This document shows, in pieces, positions 25,095-32,548 of a DNA stretch of 43,290 bases. The notes beneath the pieces were generated by a model that did not search any database, was not told the origin of the DNA, and saw only the letters and a list, made by a program, of their open reading frames with translations. Numbering within the stretch: position 1 is the first letter of the stretch; each line of letters starts with the position of its first letter. This DNA comes from an uncultured Candidatus Bathyarchaeia archaeon (GTDB lineage: Archaea; Thermoproteota; Bathyarchaeia; Hecatellales; Hecatellaceae). The DNA lies in assembly GCA_964485425.1 (NCBI GenBank), contig CAZAJK010000001.1, positions 1 to 43,290 on the forward strand, read 5' to 3'. The translations under genes were made by a program, and so were the position numbers.

Positions 25095-26291
25095 TTGTTC
25101 CTTGAACGGGAGGAGGAGCGGATTCTCGACGGCGAATATGGGGAAGCCTTAGCCAAGCTTATGAAGCTTCTGGTAACCCTTGGAGAGATCTACGGGGCTG
25201 ACCGTCTGCTTAAGATCTCAAGCGCCCATGTTTCAGGGGTTTCCTATCAAAATCTTGGCGATCCAGGTTTAACTCTCATTGAGGATTTAGCCTCCCAGCG
25301 GGTTAGGGCTAGGGTTAAGGCTACCTTAAACCCTGGGGGGATGGACTGGGAGAAATGGAAAGCCATGGGGATTTCAGAAGGCTTCGCCGGGAAGCAGTTG
25401 AGGCTTTACCAAGCCTACCTGCAAATGGGTTTTGAAGCAACCTTCACCTGCACACCTTACGAGGTTGGGAATAAGCCTGCTAAAGGCCAGCATGTAGCCT
25501 GGGCTGAATCCTCAGCCCAAGCCTACGTCAACTCGGTGCTCGGAGCCAAGACTAACAGGGAGAGCGGAATCTCAGCCTTAGCCGCAGCCTTAACAGGTCG
25601 AACCCCAAACTTCGGCTTACACTTAGACGAAAATAGGAGGCCAACCGTTCTCTTTGAGGTTGAGAAGCCTGTTCAAGGCGTCTACTGGTTTGGAGCCTTA
25701 GGCTACTTGGTGGGGTCTGAAGCTGGAGGAGGAGTTCCATACCTCCGCAACGTTGGAAAACCCGGCTTAGAGGAGTTTAAGGCGTTTGGGGCTGCAGCTG
25801 CTTCTTCAGGAGCCATAGCGCTTTACCACATGGAGGACGCTACTCCTGAAGCCTCAACCATTAAAGAGGAAGAGCTGAAAGACTTAGAGAAGGTAAGAGT
25901 CTCCCCAAGGGACCTTAAAGCTTCAGCCGGGAGGTTCCAGCCTGTGGAGAAACCTGACTGCGTCTTCCTGGGATGCCCGCACTGCAGCCTTGGAAAACTT
26001 AGGTTTCTAGCTGAAGCCGCTGGTGGAAAGAGGTTTAAGCGTAAGCTTCTAGTATGCACTTCCAGAAGCGTTTACGCGGAGGCCTTAAGGCTAGGCTACG
26101 TTGAGGCTTTGGAGAGGGCTGGGGCTCTCGTCCTTAGAGACACCTGCCTCGTGGTAGCTCCAATCAGGGAGCTAGGCTTTAACAGTATTTTAACCGACTC
26201 TTTTAAAGCCGCCCACTATCTCGCCGCAGCTGGAATCGAGGCTTCACCAGCTGAAACAATAGACTGTTTGAAGGCGGCTTTGGAGGGGTAG
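25095..26291 (+). CDS. aconitase X catalytic subunit (DUF521), probable phosphomevalonate dehydratase large subunit
   Basis: N-terminus EEERILDGEYGEALAKLMKLLVTLGEIYGADRLLKISSAHVSG, typical of AcnX/DUF521. TTG start directly after the UbiD stop, with GGTGGGG upstream. Confidence 0.8.
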   Translation: MFLEREEERILDGEYGEALAKLMKLLVTLGEIYGADRLLKISSAHVSGVSYQNLGDPGLTLIEDLASQRVRARVKATLNPGGMDWEKWKAMGISEGFAGKQLRLYQAYLQMGFEATFTCTPYEVGNKPAKGQHVAWAESSAQAYVNSVLGAKTNRESGISALAAALTGRTPNFGLHLDENRRPTVLFEVEKPVQGVYWFGALGYLVGSEAGGGVPYLRNVGKPGLEEFKAFGAAAASSGAIALYHMEDATPEASTIKEEELKDLEKVRVSPRDLKASAGRFQPVEKPDCVFLGCPHCSLGKLRFLAEAAGGKRFKRKLLVCTSRSVYAEALRLGYVEALERAGALVLRDTCLVVAPIRELGFNSILTDSFKAAHYLAAAGIEASPAETIDCLKAALEG

Positions 26292-26293
26292 GC

Positions 26294-26701
26294 TTGAAGG
26301 TTAGGCTGAGGGGCAGAATTCTGGTGGGTGGAGAAGTGGTGGGTGAAGCCTTGGTTTCAAGGGAGCCTATATCCTTCTATGGTGGGGTTAAGCCTGAAAG
26401 CGGCCTAATAGTTGAGAGGGGACACCCCCTGGAAGGCTTGAAGATTTCGGGTAAAATTCTCGTTTTCCCCTATGGGAAGGGGAGCACCGTCGGAGCCTAC
26501 GTGCTCTACGCTATGGCCAAGTATGGGACTGCCCCCAAAGCCATTATAAATAGGGAGGCTGAGCCGGTTATAGTTGCCGGCTGCATTCTGGCCGACATCC
26601 CTCTTCTTGATAGGTTTAACCTAGACCCTGTTGAAGCCATCTCCACCGGAGACCTAGTCCGCATTAGGAGGGATGGAAACGTTGAAGTCTTTGAAGGTTA
26701 A
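26294..26701 (+). CDS. aconitase X swivel subunit (DUF126), probable phosphomevalonate dehydratase small subunit
   Basis: GKILVFPYGKGSTVGAYVLYAM motif. 135 aa. TTG start 2 nt after the large-subunit stop. Confidence 0.8.
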   Translation: MKVRLRGRILVGGEVVGEALVSREPISFYGGVKPESGLIVERGHPLEGLKISGKILVFPYGKGSTVGAYVLYAMAKYGTAPKAIINREAEPVIVAGCILADIPLLDRFNLDPVEAISTGDLVRIRRDGNVEVFEG

Positions 26702-27494
26702 GCCTCCGGTCGTGCTGAAGCTCGGAGGCTCCGTGGTAACCTTCAAGGACAGGCTTGAAACTCCACGTTTAGACGTGATTAGAAGGTTGGCGTTGGAAAT
26801 AGCTGAAGCTAAACCTGAAAGCCTCATCCTAGTGCATGGGGGCGGAGGCTTCGGCCACCCCCACGCGCTCACCCATAGGCTTATGGAAGGCTTTAAAGGA
26901 GGATTAAGCCAGCTAGTAGGCTTCTCCGAAACTAGGCTTGCAATGACCAGGCTTAACAGCCTCATGGTTGAGGCTCTTAACCGCGTTGGAATTCCAGCCC
27001 TAGGCTTTCAAACCTCAGCCTTAGTTACGGCTAGGGAGGGCCGCATCTCCAGCCTTAACCTCAAACCTTTAAGCGGGGCTTTAAGGCTTGGAGGCGTCCC
27101 TGTGATCTACGGGGATGCCGTAATAGACGAGGTTCAAGGCTTCACCATAGTTTCTGGAGACATGTTATCGTCTGTTTTGGCTAGGCGGTTTAGGAGCCCC
27201 CTCCTCGCCTTGGGAGTGGATGTGGACGGAATTTACACGGACGACCCGAAGCTCAACCCTGAAGCTAAACTTATTAGGCGGATAAAGGTGGGTAGAGGCC
27301 TTAAAGGCGTGCTCGAAGGAGTTGAAGGTTCTAGAAGCTTGGATGTGACTGGGGGGATGAAACATAAGCTTTTAGAGGTTAAGCGTTATGTGGCTTCTGG
27401 AGGTAAAGCCCTAATCTTCAACGCCCTTAAGGCTGGAAATGTGGCTAGGGTGCTTAAGGGGTTGGAGGTTGAGGGAACCCTCCTTGAAAACTGA
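26673..27494 (+). CDS. isopentenyl phosphate kinase
   Basis: Amino-acid-kinase fold with VLKLGGSVVTFK, LVHGGGGFGH and DVTGGM. The start may be ATG 26673 or in-frame TTG 26682 or 26691. Confidence 0.85.
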   Translation: METLKSLKVKPPVVLKLGGSVVTFKDRLETPRLDVIRRLALEIAEAKPESLILVHGGGGFGHPHALTHRLMEGFKGGLSQLVGFSETRLAMTRLNSLMVEALNRVGIPALGFQTSALVTAREGRISSLNLKPLSGALRLGGVPVIYGDAVIDEVQGFTIVSGDMLSSVLARRFRSPLLALGVDVDGIYTDDPKLNPEAKLIRRIKVGRGLKGVLEGVEGSRSLDVTGGMKHKLLEVKRYVASGGKALIFNALKAGNVARVLKGLEVEGTLLEN

Positions 27495-28455
27495 CTTTTA
27501 AGCCTTCCCAGTCGGGTTCAACCAGGTAGGGTGTCCCCCCAGCCTTCCGGATGGCCTCAGCCACCTTAAACCTTTCTTCAGGCCTGGTTAGGGCTATCAT
27601 GCATCCTCCGCCGCCAGCCCCGGTGAGCTTAGCTCCAAGGGCTCCGGCATTCCTCGCAGCCTCCACCAGCCTATCTAGCTCAGGCGTCGACACGCCCATT
27701 TGGGTTAGAATTTCATGAGCCCTATCCATAACGTGGCCTAGGTCTTCAAAATTCCCTGTTCGAAGGGCTCTGACAGCTTCAAAGGTGAGGTTTTCAGCTA
27801 GCCTAAGGTTCTCTTCAACTCCAACATTCCTCCTTAAAATTTCGCCAAACTTCTGAACCAGGATTCCCGTGGTTCTTCTAATGCCCGTGTCGCCTACGAT
27901 TATGCTTGGAGGCTGAGCTGGGCTAAGACTGACGGGAGGCTCTCCTCTTCTGAAAATTATTATGCCACCTAGAACCACAGTGGTTTGGTCGACGCCTGAA
28001 GGGTTTCCATGGATGAAACGCTCGGGGATGGAGCAAAGCTCTATAATGGTTTCCCTGGAGGGTGTCAGACCTAGAACCTTGGCTGCGGCGGCGATGGTGG
28101 CCGAAGCTAGGGAAGCGGAAGAGCCGAGCCCTGCTCCAATGGGAATCTCCGAGAAAGCTTCAATTTCTAAGCCTGGAAGCCTCTTCGAGATTTTTTCAGC
28201 AGCCTTCCTTAAAACTTCCTCCACCGCCAGCCTTAAAGGTTGAAGGGCGTCAACCTTCCTACCTGCGATTTGAAGGGTAAAGCCTGGTGGAAGGTTTCTG
28301 GCGGAAATTTTTACCCCGCCTTCTGCACGCCTTCTAACCTTCACCCTGGCATAAAGGTTTATGGCCATGCTTACGGCTGGGGCTCCATGCACACAGAAGT
28401 GTTCGCCGACCAAAATAACTTTAGCTGGGGCTTTAGCCTCAGCTTGCAGGGTCAA
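27454..28455 (-). CDS. mvk: mevalonate kinase (GHMP kinase)
   Basis: KVILVGEHFCVHGAPAV, PIGAGLGSSASLASA and KLTGAGGGGCMIAL motifs. TTG start with GGGAGTG 8 nt upstream. Confidence 0.85.
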   Translation of the reverse strand: MTLQAEAKAPAKVILVGEHFCVHGAPAVSMAINLYARVKVRRRAEGGVKISARNLPPGFTLQIAGRKVDALQPLRLAVEEVLRKAAEKISKRLPGLEIEAFSEIPIGAGLGSSASLASATIAAAAKVLGLTPSRETIIELCSIPERFIHGNPSGVDQTTVVLGGIIIFRRGEPPVSLSPAQPPSIIVGDTGIRRTTGILVQKFGEILRRNVGVEENLRLAENLTFEAVRALRTGNFEDLGHVMDRAHEILTQMGVSTPELDRLVEAARNAGALGAKLTGAGGGGCMIALTRPEERFKVAEAIRKAGGTPYLVEPDWEGLKVSFQGGFPQPPTP

Positions 28456-28483
28456 ACCTAGGTCACTCCCAGCCTTTTGGTGG

Positions 28484-28831
28484 CTAGACGCCTAGAAGCC
28501 TCTTAACCACGTCGACTTCCCTCAAGCCTATGTTCCGCCATTTTATGCGGCCAAGCAGTAAGTCCATGGGGTTAAGCTTTTTCTCGTCTAACATGCGCTG
28601 AAGGATTTCGCTGCTGGTTTCAAGATACATGTCGTCTGGTGGATTTTCCGGTGAAACCTCCATTGTTATGCCTTCCCTGCTGATGTGGAAAACATAGGTG
28701 ACGTCGTCTGTAACTTTAAGCGTAATAGACCTTCCATCGTATTCGGCTAGGGCTTCAGAAAATTCAGGGCTACTTTTAGCCTTTTCCCGAAGCTTCTCTA
28801 AGCCTGCTTTAAACCTTTCAGTGAAGGCCAT
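28484..28831 (-). CDS. SCP2 (sterol-carrier-protein-2-like) lipid-binding domain protein
   Basis: 115 aa. C-terminal LDEKKLNPMDLLLGRIKWRNIGLREV resembles the SCP2 signature (KLNPQxAFMxGKLKIxGNMxLA). Confidence 0.6.
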   Translation of the reverse strand: MAFTERFKAGLEKLREKAKSSPEFSEALAEYDGRSITLKVTDDVTYVFHISREGITMEVSPENPPDDMYLETSSEILQRMLDEKKLNPMDLLLGRIKWRNIGLREVDVVKRLLGV

Positions 28832-28850
28832 GACTTCTAAACCTTTAGGC

Positions 28851-29747
28851 TTAAGGTGGATTTAAAAGTTGCCTTTGAAGGTTTAGGTAGGCTGTGCCAT
28901 CGCAGGTTGAAGTGTTAAGCTGGGGGAAACCCTCCCTACAGGAGGCGAAGCTCATCCCCTCAGCCAACACCAAGCTTCTAACAAGCTTCACTATTTTAAG
29001 CCTAACCTCAGCCGGAAGATAATTATAGCCTACAATGTTTTTCGAATCCCTGTAAACTTCCTGAAGCCTTTCAGCCAGCCTAGGGTTAACCCTAGCCAGC
29101 CTCTGATAGAAGCCTCGAACAGGCTTAAGAGTTGACGCCGTAACATGGCGGACACCGCAATCTCTAAGTTTCCTAACTAGGTGCTCCAAGTCTTCAGGGT
29201 CGTCGTTTAACCCTGGAATTATGGGGTCGATTCTAGCCGTTACGGGCACACCTTCCGAGGCAAGCTTCCTTAAGGCTTTCAGCCTCCTGTAGGGGGGCGG
29301 GGCTCCAGGCTCCATAAGCCTCGTAAAGGTTTCACTAAGGCTTGTGACTGTCATGGAAACCAAAATTCTGCCTTCAACCAGCAGGTCTAGGTCGCGGACC
29401 ACTAGATCCGACTTGGTTACGATTAGGATGGGAAACCCCTGCCCTATTAGGGCTTCTAGGCAGCTACGCGTTATCTCGTATCTGGCTTCGGGAGGCTGGT
29501 AGGGGTCGGTGGTGTCGCTTAACATTACCGGGAGTTTAGGCCTGGTTTTGGCGGCCATTCGACCTATGGTTTCGGCCAGTTTAACCCTAGGCTTGAGGGA
29601 TCCCTGGAAGGATGGGAACTTCACCGCGTAGCAGTATAGGCAGTTATGGCTGCAGCGTCCGAGGTAGGGGTTGACATTGTATTTTGGAGGGCAGGTGCAA
29701 TAGGCTTGCCTCACCGCGTTAAACCTGCTGAGCCTCTCCTGACCCAA
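28851..29747 (-). CDS. radical SAM protein, SplB/COG1533 (DNA repair photolyase-like) family
   Basis: NPYLGRCSHNCLYCYA cluster motif, then SDTTDPYQP, IVTKSDLVVRDLDLL and IDPIIPGLND, typical of COG1533. TTG start 3 nt after the XPF stop. Confidence 0.7.
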   Translation of the reverse strand: MGQERLSRFNAVRQAYCTCPPKYNVNPYLGRCSHNCLYCYAVKFPSFQGSLKPRVKLAETIGRMAAKTRPKLPVMLSDTTDPYQPPEARYEITRSCLEALIGQGFPILIVTKSDLVVRDLDLLVEGRILVSMTVTSLSETFTRLMEPGAPPPYRRLKALRKLASEGVPVTARIDPIIPGLNDDPEDLEHLVRKLRDCGVRHVTASTLKPVRGFYQRLARVNPRLAERLQEVYRDSKNIVGYNYLPAEVRLKIVKLVRSLVLAEGMSFASCREGFPQLNTSTCDGTAYLNLQRQLLNPP

Positions 29748-29750
29748 AGT

Positions 29751-30485
29751 TTAGTCTTCCCCCGAGGCTTCCTCTAAAACCTCTTGACGCGGCTGTTTGG
29801 CTTCAGCCTGATACGGTGTGTCGAGCAGTCTAGCTAAAGCTTCAGCCTTAGCTGGAGTTAACCCTTCCACGAAGGTTAATTCGCCCACGGAGGCCTGAAA
29901 AACCCTTCTGACGGTCTTAAAGGTTTTCAGAAGCCTTTCAGCCAGCTTAGGCCCTACCCCGGGAAGCGAGGAGACAACGGCAAGCTGAGCCTCTCTAAGG
30001 CTTCCAAGCTTCTTCCGCTGCTTCACCACAGGCCCTAGATATTTAGGCTTAGCTGAGAGCTGCCTAGCTATGATGTAGATGAGTTCGGCTGTTTGCTCCT
30101 CATTCTCCGCGAAGAAAATGTGAAATTTCCCTTCAAATTTCAGGCTTAGGGAGACTAGGGCTCCAAGGGCTGCTCTAGGCCTCTCTGAAGCTTTCAAGAC
30201 TTCATGGAAGTTTCCCTCCACTATGAGGATGGGTTGGGGGTAGGCTTCAGCCAGCCTTAAAGCCTGGTCGAAAAGCCTTCCGGAATAAAGTGAAGATAAG
30301 AAGTCTCGAGCTGTCTTCCGCTCAACCACGTGGCTCTCAGAAACTATGTAGTCGCCTATGGTTAAACTGCGGTACAGGACTTTTACGCCTAGGGCTTCTA
30401 GGAGCTCTGGAACCCTTGAAGCCTTCTCCCGGTAGTCTGCGATGACCGTAAGCGTCCTTAAGCCCTCCAAACTTAAAGGCTTCAA
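29751..30485 (-). CDS. xpf: XPF/ERCC4-type structure-specific endonuclease, short crenarchaeal form
   Basis: ERCC4 nuclease motif GDYIVSESHVVERKTARDF plus a C-terminal tandem HhH (LPGVGPKLAERLL). No helicase domain. Confidence 0.8.
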   Translation of the reverse strand: MKPLSLEGLRTLTVIADYREKASRVPELLEALGVKVLYRSLTIGDYIVSESHVVERKTARDFLSSLYSGRLFDQALRLAEAYPQPILIVEGNFHEVLKASERPRAALGALVSLSLKFEGKFHIFFAENEEQTAELIYIIARQLSAKPKYLGPVVKQRKKLGSLREAQLAVVSSLPGVGPKLAERLLKTFKTVRRVFQASVGELTFVEGLTPAKAEALARLLDTPYQAEAKQPRQEVLEEASGED

Positions 30486-30516
30486 AAAACATTTTAACCT
30501 ATGCGGAGGCCGGGCT

Positions 30517-31467
30517 TTGGCAAGATGCAGGCTCTGCGGAGGCCAGGCTGAACATTACTTCGCGTATGCTAGGCTATGGCTGTGTGGCAGATGTTTCACC
30601 GAAAGGTTTTTCCCGAATAGGGTTAGGCGAACCGTGGAAACCTATAAAATGTTCAACCCCACCGGGAGAATAGCCGTAGCCATTTCAGGGGGGAAGGATA
30701 GCGCAGCCCTACTCCACAGCCTCCGCCAGGCTTTCCCGGCTTTAAGGCTTGTGGCAGTCCACCTAGACCTAGGAATCAAAGACTACTCGGATAATGCTAG
30801 GCGCAGCTGTGAGGAGCTTTGCAGCCTCCTAGACGTGGAACTTAAGGTTTACAGCCTTAAAGAGGCTGAAGGCTTCACGGTAGAGGACTTTAAGGCTACT
30901 AGGTATGGCCGGAAAATGTGCTCTGTTTGCGGGGTTATCAAGCGGAGGAGGCTTTCAAGGATAGCGGCTGAGCTTGAAGTTGAAGCTTTAGCTACAGGCC
31001 ACAACCTAGACGACACGGTTGAAGCCTTGATGGCTACCTTTACGGCTGGAGACTTCCAGCAGCTAGTTAGGCTTAAACCTGTTCTGCCAGCCTACCGCAA
31101 CTTCCCAGCTAAGGTGAAGCCTTTATTCCGCACCCCTGAAGCTGAAGCAAAACTCTACGTTGAAATTTTAGGTTTACCCTTTAACCGGCGGGTTTGCCCC
31201 CATGTTTCGGGTTCCAGAAGCCTGAAAGGGAAAAGGCTTCTAGATTTCTGGGAGAAGGAAAGGCCAGGCTTCAAATACCAGCTTCTAGCAGCCTTCGAAA
31301 AGCTTATACCCCTAATCGAGCCGGAAATACCTCAACCCGAGCTTAAAGTTTGTGAGATATGCGGTTATCCTTCCTCAGCCAGCATTTGCTCGGATTGCAG
31401 AAGAATTGAAGCCGTTAAAAGGGCTCTGTCTAGGGCTAGGGAAGCAGCCTCTCCTTCGCCTGCCTAA
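30517..31467 (+). CDS. ttuA: tRNA 2-thiolation PP-loop ATPase (TtuA/NcsA family)
   Basis: PP-loop VAISGGKDSAALL, N-terminal CxxC...CxxC and C-terminal CEICG...CSDC zinc fingers, and GHNLDD. I chose TTG 30517 (MARCRLCGG...) by analogy with TtuA N-termini. ATG 30442 would overlap xpf. Confidence 0.8.
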   Translation: MARCRLCGGQAEHYFAYARLWLCGRCFTERFFPNRVRRTVETYKMFNPTGRIAVAISGGKDSAALLHSLRQAFPALRLVAVHLDLGIKDYSDNARRSCEELCSLLDVELKVYSLKEAEGFTVEDFKATRYGRKMCSVCGVIKRRRLSRIAAELEVEALATGHNLDDTVEALMATFTAGDFQQLVRLKPVLPAYRNFPAKVKPLFRTPEAEAKLYVEILGLPFNRRVCPHVSGSRSLKGKRLLDFWEKERPGFKYQLLAAFEKLIPLIEPEIPQPELKVCEICGYPSSASICSDCRRIEAVKRALSRAREAASPSPA

Positions 31468-32533
31468 GATAGGCCTCAAACTCCTCAAAGCTTTTAAAGG
31501 TTTGATCGGTGTGGGCTAGGAGCCAGGGGCTAAGGCTCTCCATGGGGGAGACAAGGAAAACCTTTTTGCCTAAAGTTTTGGCGTGGAAAATTTCCATGGC
31601 CACGCCGGCTGAAACCTTGGGCAGGTAGGCTGCGAGAAGCTCGCAGCGTTTAATGTCTAAGAGGTCGCGCTTCACCAGCTGATAGGCTTCAAATAGGTTT
31701 TTGGGTTTACCTCGGTAGTAGGCTTGCTCCCTAAACCATGGGTCAACCACCTCAAATCCTAAACCGTGCAGGATTTCCGTCAGGGTTTCACGGTATTCTT
31801 GGTGTTCCTCCATTTCCTGGATGGGGCCTGCTAGGTAGGCTCTGAGGGGTCTGTGGAAAGGCTTCCCCGTTACAAGTTCAGGCCTGTCGGAAACTATTAA
31901 GTCCACGTTGAGCCCGGCCAGCGTTTCAACTGCCTCCTTCTCGTTTACCGTCCAGGCTGCAAGTTTCACTCCTGCCCGTTGAAGTTTTGCTGCCAGCCCC
32001 ACTGTGATATGCCTGTAATCGGCGAAGAAGTATTCCGCCTTAGCTCTCCTAGCAGCCTCAACAGGGTTGAGGAGGCTTCCGCGGACAATTATGCCTGTTT
32101 TGGCCTTAGGGTTAAGCTGCTTAATCCTAGGGAGCACATGGTGGTGGAAGGAGGTGAAAATTGTTTCATCTAGGAGGCTTGCCTCCGCCACCACCTCTAG
32201 GAGCCGCCTCTCAGTTCCAGGCTCCTTAACCTCGGCTATAAGTCCTATTCGACCTTTAACAGCTTCAAGAACCTCGGTTAAAGCTGGGATTCGCTCCCCT
32301 CCACCTAGGTTGAAACGTTTAAGTTCTTGAAGCCCATACTGGTTGAGGAAGCCTACACCATCCGTGGTGCGTTCAAGGCTGGCGTCGTGGAAGGCGACTA
32401 GGGTTCCATCGCCGCAGCGTCTAACGTCTACTTCTACGAAGTCTGCTCCAAGCTTAACAGCCGCCTCAATCGCAGCTAAGCTGTTTTCAGGCTCCCAGAA
32501 GCTTGCTCCACGGTGAGCTACACACCGGGCCAA
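31436..32533 (-). CDS. glycerophosphodiester phosphodiesterase fused to a nucleoside 2-deoxyribosyltransferase-like C-terminal domain
   Basis: N-terminal GDPD motifs HRGASFWEPENSLAAIEAAVKLGADFVEVDV and FHDASLERTTDG. The C-terminal ~140 aa (YLAGPI...VSAGVAMEIFHAKTLGKKVFLV) resembles the NDT/YtoQ-type fold. TTG start. Confidence 0.75.
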   Translation of the reverse strand: MARCVAHRGASFWEPENSLAAIEAAVKLGADFVEVDVRRCGDGTLVAFHDASLERTTDGVGFLNQYGLQELKRFNLGGGERIPALTEVLEAVKGRIGLIAEVKEPGTERRLLEVVAEASLLDETIFTSFHHHVLPRIKQLNPKAKTGIIVRGSLLNPVEAARRAKAEYFFADYRHITVGLAAKLQRAGVKLAAWTVNEKEAVETLAGLNVDLIVSDRPELVTGKPFHRPLRAYLAGPIQEMEEHQEYRETLTEILHGLGFEVVDPWFREQAYYRGKPKNLFEAYQLVKRDLLDIKRCELLAAYLPKVSAGVAMEIFHAKTLGKKVFLVSPMESLSPWLLAHTDQTFKSFEEFEAYLRQAKERLLP

Positions 32534-32548
32534 GGCTTAACCCTTCTC

